From a virus: 64,000 nucleotides of DNA. Below the pieces are notes generated by a model. It had not been told where the DNA came from. It did no database searches and saw nothing but the letters and a program-made list of their open reading frames with translations. This document shows positions 38,928 through 46,572 of this stretch, piece after piece. Numbering within the stretch: position 1 is the stretch's first letter; each line of letters begins with the position of its first letter. The position numbers and the translations under genes were made by a program. Location of the stretch: IMG/VR virus record IMGVR_UViG_3300005676_000004; one strand, given 5' to 3'.

Positions 38928-39352
38928 CGTAGAACCTTTTTCAATGTCTTTTTTGTTCCTGACTGTTCACACGCGAAAAAGATAGTGTCTGAAACAATCC
39001 AGAGGTCCCAAGGAAAAAGATCAAGTTTCTCGTGAATTTTCTTAGCTAGCTTTAGTACGTCCTTTTCCAGCGTCTTGTGTTCCTTGTAAATCTGCTCCAG
39101 TTCTGGAGTCATTTTAATGATTGGAACTTCGTCAACATCATAAACCATGTTCGTGATTCCACGTCTGAAACCCAGCTTGTTGGACGAGACTAAATCACCT
39201 GCGTCAAATGATATTGAAACAGTAATTGGGAATTTGTTTCTCTTGAGTGATTTGTATCTTTCAATCAACCCACCAAGTTCTTCACTTGAAGTCACCATCT
39301 CGTACACTTCTTCACGGGTAACTTCTTTGCTCGTATTTTTCATTGTCTTCAT
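38924..39352 (-). CDS. Tandem paralog family member (SS.E..L..R.K..FP..V.ISFD)
   Basis: High similarity to 39378 and 39841; start re-called. Confidence 0.7.
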   Translation of the reverse strand: MKTMKNTSKEVTREEVYEMVTSSEELGGLIERYKSLKRNKFPITVSISFDAGDLVSSNKLGFRRGITNMVYDVDEVPIIKMTPELEQIYKEHKTLEKDVLKLAKKIHEKLDLFPWDLWIVSDTIFFACEQSGTKKTLKKVLR

Positions 39353-39377
39353 GGTTGGTGCCCTCTTATGTCGTTGG

Positions 39378-39827
39378 TTACGATACTGAATGTTTACGTC
39401 TATGTGATTGTCCACACACAACAAGAATAATGTCAACAACACTCAAAACATCCCATGTCCAAATATCAATTTGTTTACAAATATCAATTTGTTTACAAAT
39501 TTTCTTAGCTAGTTTTAGTATGTCCTTTTCCAACTTCTTGTGTTCCTTGTAAATCTGCTCTAGTTCTGGAGTCATTTTGATGACTGGATAACTGATGGCA
39601 TCATAAACCATGTCCGTGATTTCTCGCATGAATGTCATCTTGTCGATCGAATTTAGATTAGATGGGTCGAATGATATTGGAACAGGAACTGGGAAGTTGG
39701 TTCTCTTAAGCGATTTGTATCTTTCAACAATTCCATCAATTTCTTTGCTCGAAGTCACCATTTCATATACATCTTCACGGGATACAACATAAGTGACTTG
39801 TTTGCTTGTGTTTTTTGTTGTCTTCAT
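39378..39827 (-). CDS. Tandem paralog family member
   Basis: Similar to 38924; carries an 18-bp in-frame tandem duplication. Confidence 0.7.
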   Translation of the reverse strand: MKTTKNTSKQVTYVVSREDVYEMVTSSKEIDGIVERYKSLKRTNFPVPVPISFDPSNLNSIDKMTFMREITDMVYDAISYPVIKMTPELEQIYKEHKKLEKDILKLAKKICKQIDICKQIDIWTWDVLSVVDIILVVCGQSHRRKHSVS

Positions 39828-39840
39828 GGTTGGTGTCCTC

Positions 39841-40278
39841 TTAGTTTGTTTCTAGGAAACACATCTGATAGATCATGTTTCGGACATGAGCAATGTGACA
39901 TGTATCTGGATCAAGTTTCTTATAAATTTTCTTAGTTAATTTTTCCATGTCTTTTTCCAACTCCTTGTGTTCGGTGTAAATCTGGTTCAGTTCTGGATTA
40001 TTTTTGAAGACAGAATATACTGAACGTGTAATAGATTCAATAACCGTCCCTATGATTATTTCACCGAAACTCATCTTACTGCATGATTCTAAATCAGACC
40101 CGTCAAACGATATTGGAACAGTGATTGGGAAATCAACTTTCCGAAACGTTTTAGCCCTAACAATCAGTTCATCAATTTCTTTGCTGGAAGATATGATCTC
40201 CCGTAACTGATTGTTATTGGTGTACTTAATGAAGTATAGAGCTTGCTTGATTTTTGACTTCTTGGTTGCTGTGCTCAT
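39841..40278 (-). CDS. Tandem paralog family member
   Basis: SSKEIDELIVRAK..FPITVPISFD. Confidence 0.7.
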   Translation of the reverse strand: MSTATKKSKIKQALYFIKYTNNNQLREIISSSKEIDELIVRAKTFRKVDFPITVPISFDGSDLESCSKMSFGEIIIGTVIESITRSVYSVFKNNPELNQIYTEHKELEKDMEKLTKKIYKKLDPDTCHIAHVRNMIYQMCFLETN

Positions 40279-40514
40279 CGTAGAACCTTTTCAATGTCTT
40301 TTTTGGAAATGGTGCGAACGTCCTTCGGATGCGAACCGAATACACTGGCCATGATAACTGTTTCAACGTCACCTTTGCGTCCATTCCCGTAGCACACCTG
40401 AAGGTTATACTCGGCCCCTTTTCTTGCGGTCATGAATCGACACGTTTTGTCGTCCATGCGCATGATCCATCCAACCTCGCCGTTTTTCAGCTTGACGTAT
40501 GCAAATCCCATCAT
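40275..40514 (-). CDS. VKL.NG..GW family protein
   Basis: Paralog of 40511. Confidence 0.65.
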   Translation of the reverse strand: MMGFAYVKLKNGEVGWIMRMDDKTCRFMTARKGAEYNLQVCYGNGRKGDVETVIMASVFGSHPKDVRTISKKDIEKVLR

Positions 40515-40747
40515 GACAGTACCCTTTCGATGTCTTGTCGGTGAATAATTCGGAGTGACTCTTTATGATTGTCAAAGATGTACATGAGAGCCGTCTGAGG
40601 TTTTCCGTGCGCAGCTTCGTCACTCATGTAGAATTTGTATCCGTAGTCTGCGCCCTTTTCAACGTCTATGAACTCAAATGTTCCGTCTGGGGATTCAAGC
40701 GTCCACCCGATTTGACCGTTGGTGAGCTTAACGTGTGAGAATTTCAT
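40511..40747 (-). CDS. VKL.NG..GW family protein
   Basis: Paralog of 40275. Confidence 0.65.
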   Translation of the reverse strand: MKFSHVKLTNGQIGWTLESPDGTFEFIDVEKGADYGYKFYMSDEAAHGKPQTALMYIFDNHKESLRIIHRQDIERVLS

Positions 40748-40749
40748 TG

Positions 40750-41310
40750 TTAGTCGTTGTTGTTAAAAAATTCATCGTCTATGAGTACCCAAAGGTCTCT
40801 GCCGTGTCGATTACCCCATGCGTCTCTACACCAGTGCATGTAGAGTGCATCATCAATACGATAACCGTCATACCACTCTTTGCAGTCCCAACCTTGTGTC
40901 TTCGGCCCTTCCCAAACTAGTTTAGCTGTAGATACGTTTGATACCATATCCGGATCAATTGTATCCTCGGAGATGTAGTCGGATTCGTCAGGTCTGACGT
41001 GGCCATCGAGATGGTGTCCAAATTTCAATAATTCCTTCAGTTTTTCCAGCAATTCTTCTGTTTCGTGAATTGCAGACTCGATATTTCGACTGTCTTGGTA
41101 GCTGTCGGCACTTGATATGTTGCCAACACAAGATGTAACTTCGCTCAATGCTGATTCTACCTCCGTGTGAGCCGAATCATATTCATCTCGTTCACCTTCC
41201 CACTCTTCAGATACCCATGTACCGTGATCCTGCATCCACTCTTGACGATCCCAATCAGCCAAGAAGTTCTCAATTGCCTCGCTTACTCGTGTTGTTTCTG
41301 TAGTGTTCAT
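40750..41310 (-). CDS. Acidic hypothetical protein
   Basis: 186 aa, D/E- and W-rich. Confidence 0.65.
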   Translation of the reverse strand: MNTTETTRVSEAIENFLADWDRQEWMQDHGTWVSEEWEGERDEYDSAHTEVESALSEVTSCVGNISSADSYQDSRNIESAIHETEELLEKLKELLKFGHHLDGHVRPDESDYISEDTIDPDMVSNVSTAKLVWEGPKTQGWDCKEWYDGYRIDDALYMHWCRDAWGNRHGRDLWVLIDDEFFNNND

Positions 41311-41315
41311 GGTGT

Positions 41316-42014
41316 TTATGGTTTGTCAATGATTGCGATTCGTACACAACTGTCATCGGTGTCTATGAAGTACAACGAACTTTTGGCAACATCGATGTTA
41401 GGTGTCTTGGTCGGATGATTGTGGTAGATCGTCATGTCTTTTGCGTACTCCACAAACTTCACTATGTCGTTAAACGTTAGACCACTAAGTTTTTTCGATG
41501 GGTCGATGTAAACTTCAAAGTAGTCAATGGCAGATTGTGTGAGTGTGTAGGTGTTCACCTTGTTGTCAGAAAGGTTAACGTTGTGTGTGTTTATTTTCTC
41601 AAACCGTTGAATAGTTCCAATGACTATTTGATTACGGTTTTTCTTGAAATGGTTCATGAATGCTGGAGTTAATAGTTCATCAACAGCAGACTCAATTTGC
41701 CCCATTGTAGGGGTTTCAATCATACGACGTCGAAGTACGTCAAGAGTCTCGTCTATAAGCGAGTTGATGGTAAACTCTTCATTTCCGTATATCATTGTCG
41801 TCTCCTCTCTCAGTGTTTTCAGTCGTTGAATAGTTCCGAGGATTATTTGATTGCGATTGCGTCTTTCATTTGCTCTGAAGGTGGGGAGTAGTACCTCATC
41901 AACAGCAGACTCAATTTGCCCTAGTGTAGAGTTTTCAATTCCACGTTGTGTGAGAGTATCAAGAGTCAACCCTATGAGCAAATTGATACGAAACTCTTCA
42001 TCTCCGTAATACAT
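41316..42014 (-). CDS. Protein with two tandem YG.EEF.IN.L repeats
   Basis: Two internal copies, third copy in the next gene. Confidence 0.7.
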   Translation of the reverse strand: MYYGDEEFRINLLIGLTLDTLTQRGIENSTLGQIESAVDEVLLPTFRANERRNRNQIILGTIQRLKTLREETTMIYGNEEFTINSLIDETLDVLRRRMIETPTMGQIESAVDELLTPAFMNHFKKNRNQIVIGTIQRFEKINTHNVNLSDNKVNTYTLTQSAIDYFEVYIDPSKKLSGLTFNDIVKFVEYAKDMTIYHNHPTKTPNIDVAKSSLYFIDTDDSCVRIAIIDKP

Positions 42015-42235
42015 TAGTGCTTTTCCTCTCTCAGTGTTTTTATTCGTTGAATAAGCACCATGATTATTTGTCTACGTTTGCTTCTGAAATGAGACATGAA
42101 AGTTGGAGCTAACACTTCGTCAACAGCAGACTCAATTTTTGCAAACGAAGGATACTTAACCCCACGATCCTTCAGTATGTCAAGAGCTTCAGTTGCAAGC
42201 GAGTTGATGGTAAACTCTTCATCTCCGTAAGTCAT
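42014..42235 (-). CDS. Single YGDEEFTINSL-domain protein
   Basis: Paralog of the repeats in 41316; GGAG RBS. Confidence 0.7.
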   Translation of the reverse strand: MTYGDEEFTINSLATEALDILKDRGVKYPSFAKIESAVDEVLAPTFMSHFRSKRRQIIMVLIQRIKTLREEKH

Positions 42236-42282
42236 TGTCGTTCTCCGTGGCTGATGTTTGTTGGTGACGGTAAAGTGGTTTT

Positions 42283-42401
42283 GCGACAATTCTCGCGACA
42301 AAGTGTCGCAAAAATGTTGTTTCCCGACAATAATCCCGACATTGTGTCGGAATTCAAGTGACTTGCTTGATGTCTCAGCAATAATCCCGACATTGTGTCG
42401 G
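42283..42401. promoter_or_regulatory. Cluster of (G/C)CGACA-N3-TGTCG(C/G) palindromes, putative operators
   Basis: Full sites at 42295-42309, 42336-42350 and 42387-42401, plus half sites. Confidence 0.55.
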
Positions 42402-42426
42402 CAAAAGCTAAAAAGTTTTTACAGAT
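42400..42426. repeat. 27-bp direct repeat, copy 1
   Basis: GGCAAAAGCTAAAAAGTTTTTACAGAT, identical at 43030-43056. Confidence 0.95.
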
Positions 42427-43009
42427 TGTTCTGTCTTCTGAAGTCTTCCACATCCTTCCGGTGCTTCAGTGCATCCCCTTTAGTCTTGAAACGGTTTCCA
42501 GAGTCATAATGGTAGTGGTTAAGTGGATTATCACCCCATACTGTCTCAGTAGCCTCACCTTTATCATTGATGTAGAAGTAGGTGTCTCCGTAGTTGGGTT
42601 TCCACGGTGTGGTTGAAGGCCACGATCCGACATCAAAAAATTTACAATCTTTTAATTGTACAGACATTTGTATTGGCTTGTTACTGTATAACGAGTTCGC
42701 TCGTGGTTCTAGTACAAGTATTGCATCAAAATACTGGATGTACTTACCAGTGTATGGAAGTACATCTAGTACCATAGCCATGTTGTCTCCACGTTTTGTA
42801 CTCCACCAAACTTGGAATAATTTACCAACGATTGACTTTTTGTCTATGGGGTCTGTCTTTATTTCTAGACGTAGGGAGTCGTAACAGTTTCCGTGATTAT
42901 AACGATGGTTGTCAAGTACGCCGTCGTTCCACGTCTCTTTGGTGGGCACACCATCCCTATTTACGTGGTAGTAGGTTTCCCCAATTTTCGGTTTCCATCG
43001 TGCCATCAC
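42419..43009 (-). CDS. Protein with two WKP..Y..W..GN domains
   Basis: RWKPKIGETYY..W..GNCY and PWKPNYGDTYF..W..GNRF. Confidence 0.75.
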   Translation of the reverse strand: MMARWKPKIGETYYHVNRDGVPTKETWNDGVLDNHRYNHGNCYDSLRLEIKTDPIDKKSIVGKLFQVWWSTKRGDNMAMVLDVLPYTGKYIQYFDAILVLEPRANSLYSNKPIQMSVQLKDCKFFDVGSWPSTTPWKPNYGDTYFYINDKGEATETVWGDNPLNHYHYDSGNRFKTKGDALKHRKDVEDFRRQNNL

Positions 43010-43029
43010 TCTCTCCTTCGTCTTTGGTT

Positions 43030-43056
43030 GGCAAAAGCTAAAAAGTTTTTACAGAT
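43030..43056. repeat. 27-bp direct repeat, copy 2
   Basis: Identical to 42400-42426. Confidence 0.95.
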
Positions 43057-43366
43057 GTGTTTCGTTAGGTAGTGCGACAAGGCCTCGGACATCATAGGGA
43101 ATACCCATCATATCCTCTTCCTTGATTTCGTCAAGAACCGTCACATCAACGTTAGCATCTCCGATGTTGATGTCGCTAATCACCTCCCTCATAGATTCGC
43201 CTACAGCCAAAGCGAGACCAAGGGACTTATTGCAAGCCACCTGAAGTGGCTCGTGCTTGGCGGCAGCTCGACATACCAGTCTCGCTTCTTGTTCGGAGTC
43301 GGCTTCAACGTCAATAGAAAAAACAGCCGAAACCTCAAACTCCACTCTGTAGTATGGCATTGTCAA
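43049..43366 (-). CDS. Hypothetical protein (V.AD.E.EA motif)
   Basis: ATGA-coupled. Confidence 0.6.
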   Translation of the reverse strand: MTMPYYRVEFEVSAVFSIDVEADSEQEARLVCRAAAKHEPLQVACNKSLGLALAVGESMREVISDINIGDANVDVTVLDEIKEEDMMGIPYDVRGLVALPNETHL

Positions 43367-43746
43367 TTCTCCTCCATTGTGGGGAATGTAAGTCCGTACC
43401 TTTTAGCGACGGAACGGAATTCCTTCTCCCATTCACGGGGAGCATACGTGTCGTGGGTGAACTGTACGGAGCAAAGTAGGTTGGGATTGAGGCCTTGAAG
43501 GGACGGCGTTCCTTTGGTGACGAGTTTGGCAGCACTCTTCCTCTCCATCGTTTTGTCGTACTCTTCGTCAGGAATCAGTGCGCCAACCGGACACATCATT
43601 CCATCTTCTCCACGGTATGCACAGTGTTCAACAATCTCCCCAGAAGAACGTAGTTCTATAATCACACTACGTTTTCCTTGCTTCAGGGCATGTCGTACAG
43701 CCCTGTCGAATGCTTCTTGATCCGTGTACGTGTGGGTGGTCTTCAT
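43363..43746 (-). CDS. Q.AF..AV.H..Q...CAYRG family protein
   Basis: QEAFDRAVRHALKQGKRS..CAYRGEDGMMCPVGALIPDEEY. Confidence 0.75.
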   Translation of the reverse strand: MKTTHTYTDQEAFDRAVRHALKQGKRSVIIELRSSGEIVEHCAYRGEDGMMCPVGALIPDEEYDKTMERKSAAKLVTKGTPSLQGLNPNLLCSVQFTHDTYAPREWEKEFRSVAKRYGLTFPTMEEN

Positions 43747-43871
43747 CGCTCTCTCCTTCGTCGTTGGTTGGGTTTGAGTGTTGGTACGTTCCCGTGAGCC
43801 AAAAGTTTCACTGCGGTTTCAACAATTCCGTAAAACTACGGTATCCTATCCAGGACGGGAGAAACTCACGT

Positions 43872-43903
43872 CGCAATACTACAACAAAAATTCGAGAAAA
43901 GCA
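43872..43903 (-). promoter_or_regulatory. FCB-type promoter CTTG-N20-TAGTATTG
   Basis: Heads the long - strand small-gene array. Confidence 0.5.
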
Positions 43904-43941
43904 AGCCCTTTCTCGGCACACACCTAAAAAATATTCCTCAC

Positions 43942-44781
43942 TTAACTCTTAGGATGTGCATCTTTAATGTCTTGCATCGTCGGCAACTTCCTCATATTCT
44001 TACCAAGTAGCCCCTCTCTATTCATTCTTTTTACCAATTGCTGCAACCATTTCTTTTGTTCTGCTGAGTTCTTTATGCTCTCTAAGACCCAGTACAGCGG
44101 TGGATTTAATATGAATAGGTCAATGAGTGTTAACGTATCCCATTCATTCCGGTGACGTTCCTTGATCTGTTTAATAGCGTGAATTTGTGCTTGTATCTCT
44201 ATGTAGCTAGCATTGACGGAAGAGACACCTAACAATTTCTGCAAACCCTTAGCACCGTCATCGGGTGAGGAAAACCTCGATGAAAACTCTGGAGTATGAA
44301 ACTTTCGGTTTATATGGAAGCTATTGACGCTGTCATCTATCCAGTGAGCTAGCTCGTGGCTGATAGTTCCTTTTAGTCGTGCTACGGATAGCTCATTTTT
44401 AAACAGCATCTGTTGATGCTTCGCTATGCTAGACTGAAGATTTTTGTATATGATCTCTAATATCTGATAAGGAATGTTAATGACAATGTGTTTAAGAGCT
44501 GGAGCATAATGTGACTCTGTGTCCCCGACGCGAAAGAATATCTTTACAGGGTTCATCGCGTGAGCTTTCTTACAGTCGTCACTTACTAGCGCACTGCTAT
44601 CTGTCTCGAAGACGGTAACCTTTGATTTAGTGACGTATCCACGATTTTTGGTGAATATGTCGTATGGACGTTTCCCCGCCTCAATGTCGGATACTAGCTG
44701 AGAGAGTCCCTTCTCGTACAGAGTATCCACGTCATCCTGGATGTTGTACAGTGATTCAATGAGCAAATCTCGTAGTTTCAT
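43942..44781 (-). CDS. HExxH zinc-metallopeptidase-like protein with MKLRDLLIE N-terminus (putative head-packaged)
   Basis: SHELAHWID and downstream EIQAQ; TATTTAT motif at 44822-44829; start re-called to 44781. Confidence 0.6.
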   Translation of the reverse strand: MKLRDLLIESLYNIQDDVDTLYEKGLSQLVSDIEAGKRPYDIFTKNRGYVTKSKVTVFETDSSALVSDDCKKAHAMNPVKIFFRVGDTESHYAPALKHIVINIPYQILEIIYKNLQSSIAKHQQMLFKNELSVARLKGTISHELAHWIDDSVNSFHINRKFHTPEFSSRFSSPDDGAKGLQKLLGVSSVNASYIEIQAQIHAIKQIKERHRNEWDTLTLIDLFILNPPLYWVLESIKNSAEQKKWLQQLVKRMNREGLLGKNMRKLPTMQDIKDAHPKS

Positions 44782-45167
44782 GTTGTCTGAGCGATAGAAC
44801 GTGATTGGATAACTGTGTCTCCATAAATAGTCTTGGTGGTGACTTCCGTGGTGACTTCCGGGGTGTCTCGGCACACATACAAGAGGATAGAAATAAAATA
44901 GATACATATACACGTAAGCAATATACAATAGCTACTATAGCTGTTAGTTCTTTCCCCCATGTATAGACACCACACGCACACCTATATACCAAGCTATATA
45001 GATGCTCCACCCCTTCAGTGACCTTACCTCCCAGGATATGGTGTCCGTGTCAGGAAGTATGTATCATCCCTTGCAGTAAGCTAGGAAGACAATGGATCGG
45101 TATATGCTTATATGGGTATATACGAGGATATTATGGCGTAAATGGTAGTGATGTTATCGTGGACTTG

Positions 45168-45175
45168 TATTTATA
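45168..45175 (+). promoter_or_regulatory. Putative late-promoter motif TATTTATA
   Basis: Upstream of the 45407 gene. Confidence 0.45.
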
Positions 45176-45406
45176 AGAGAGACAAGCGAAGACGGCAGGA
45201 CTATTGTGAAATTTTGTTCACAGAAGGATGAAGAGCTAGGATGAAGCTATGAATTTTTTTGATCAGTTCTTGGTTTCTCGTGTTTGCGGTAGAGACAGCT
45301 TTGGATTTTTTCTGTGATACTGCTAAACAGCTTTGTGCTTTCTTGGCCTGTAGGATGAAACCATTTTAATAAAGTGGGGGTTTTTAGGAATTTTAGGAAT
45401 ATTTTT

Positions 45407-46228
45407 ATGGAAGATTCAATAAAAAACACAACAAAAAGTTCAAGTACTGGGGGCCGGCCCGCACTTGAATTAACAGAAAAACTTATAAGATATGCAATGG
45501 CAAACACTTGGAGTAACACGGAAGCAGCAAAGTTTCTTGGTGTGAACTACAAGACGTATAGATGGTATGCTAAGCTGTATCGAGAACCGGATGGCAGGAC
45601 ACTGTTTGAAGTACATAAAAAAGTTTCTTTTGATCCGGAGCGGATGAGGAACATCAGAAAGAAAAAAAGTGATAAATCTTATTCTTGTAACAAAGGTTAT
45701 AAAGAAAAGCTCGAAGACATTCTTGCAGGGAAACACCAGGGATATTCACCAAGGAAGTTACGTAAAAGAATTTTACTGTCTGGGTGGATTGAACCAATCT
45801 GTGCAAACTGTGCATGGAATGAATCGAGAGTGACGGATGGAAATTATCCGTTGCTCATCAATTTTAAGGATACAAATTGGAGAAACTGTCACCAAGACAA
45901 CATCGAGCTGTTGTGCTTTAACTGTTATTTTCTGTTGGTGCGGTCACCGTCACGTTCATTCCAGGGATGGAGCTATGGTAAGTTCAGGAAGCAAGTACGT
46001 GCTGATGGGAAACCAAAAGGTTATGGTTCACGGAGATGGAATAAAGAGCACGGGGTCACTGAGAGTTACCGCGTACGTCGGTATAAGCAGCTTCTGGAGC
46101 TGAATGAGGAATACCGAATTAAGTACGGTGAGGACGCGGTGATAAAGGATATTCGAGTACCGTGGGAAATCAGTGGGTATCCAGAAGGTAAAGAGAAGGA
46201 TACCAATGTTGATGGTACGCCGATATAA
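45407..46228 (+). CDS. HTH plus degenerate HNH-like zinc-finger protein
   Basis: SNTEAAKFLGVNYKTYRWY (HTH-like); CANC..LLINFKDTN..NIELLCFNCY (HNH scaffold lacking the first His). Confidence 0.65.
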   Translation: MEDSIKNTTKSSSTGGRPALELTEKLIRYAMANTWSNTEAAKFLGVNYKTYRWYAKLYREPDGRTLFEVHKKVSFDPERMRNIRKKKSDKSYSCNKGYKEKLEDILAGKHQGYSPRKLRKRILLSGWIEPICANCAWNESRVTDGNYPLLINFKDTNWRNCHQDNIELLCFNCYFLLVRSPSRSFQGWSYGKFRKQVRADGKPKGYGSRRWNKEHGVTESYRVRRYKQLLELNEEYRIKYGEDAVIKDIRVPWEISGYPEGKEKDTNVDGTPI

Positions 46229-46230
46229 TA

Positions 46231-46266
46231 AAAAACGGTAAGGCTACAGGTTACCCTACCGTTTTT
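46231..46266. terminator. Bidirectional intrinsic terminator-like hairpin
   Basis: AAAAACGGTA...TACCGTTTTT between convergent units. Confidence 0.65.
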
Positions 46267-46325
46267 CGGAGAAGATAACTGATGGATGTACCAGTTACCA
46301 ATACTAATTGCCAAATTTATAGAAA

Positions 46326-46341
46326 TGTTCCACGTGAAACA
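46326..46341. other. parS: parS centromere-like site (perfect chromosomal consensus)
   Basis: TGTTCCACGTGAAACA matches TGTTNCACGTGAAACA; intergenic. Confidence 0.85.
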
Positions 46342-46354
46342 TTTTTAGTTTCCC

Positions 46355-46520
46355 GATGAAGGGGGCAAACTACACTAGGCGGATGAGTTTCTGTTTTACT
46401 ACTGTATAGGTGTTACCCTATATTCCGCCTAGTGCTTGCTTGCCGTTTTGCCGATCATCAAGCGAGAGGTCAACAGGAGGATATAAGCGAACTCTCTCGT
46501 TCAATAACCGTTCAATGACC
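46355..46520 (-). ncRNA. Candidate structured non-coding RNA
   Basis: ORF-free; own promoter at 46527-46558; two predicted stem domains, including the 11-bp perfect CACTAGGCGGA/TCCGCCTAGTG stem. Confidence 0.5.
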
Positions 46521-46526
46521 ATGTAA

Positions 46527-46558
46527 CAAATATACGGAGTTCCTACGAGAAATCCAAA
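46527..46558 (-). promoter_or_regulatory. FCB-type promoter TTTG-N20-TATATTTG
   Basis: Matches the Bacteroidota -33/-7 consensus. Confidence 0.7.
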
Positions 46559-46572
46559 TTAATTTTTGTTCA

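Noticed and set aside
39460-39500. 18-bp tandem repeat
   Set aside because: A simple in-frame duplication (KQIDIC twice) with no evidence of an array or phase variation
42328-42401. Repeat(23)-spacer(28)-repeat(23) as a mini CRISPR array
   Set aside because: Only two repeats and no cas genes; the palindrome recurs as isolated and half sites, which fits operators better
19009-43009. Diversity-generating retroelement explaining the paralog variation
   Set aside because: No reverse transcriptase in the window, and I saw no near-identical TR/VR pair with adenine-specific differences
44836-44860. 12-bp tandem GTGGTGACTTCC x2
   Set aside because: Two copies only, with no other occurrence or structure noticed
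45205-45223. TTGTGAA..TTCACAG as a Rex or CRP box
   Set aside because: Half-site spacing is 2 nt longer than those consensus sites; kept only as part of the TGAA-N6-TTCA motif
46066-46314. 82-aa minus-strand ORF as product of the 46527 promoter, or a type I toxin
   Set aside because: TTG start without an RBS, crosses the terminator and overlaps the 45407 gene in antisense; no ATG follows the + strand AGGAGG
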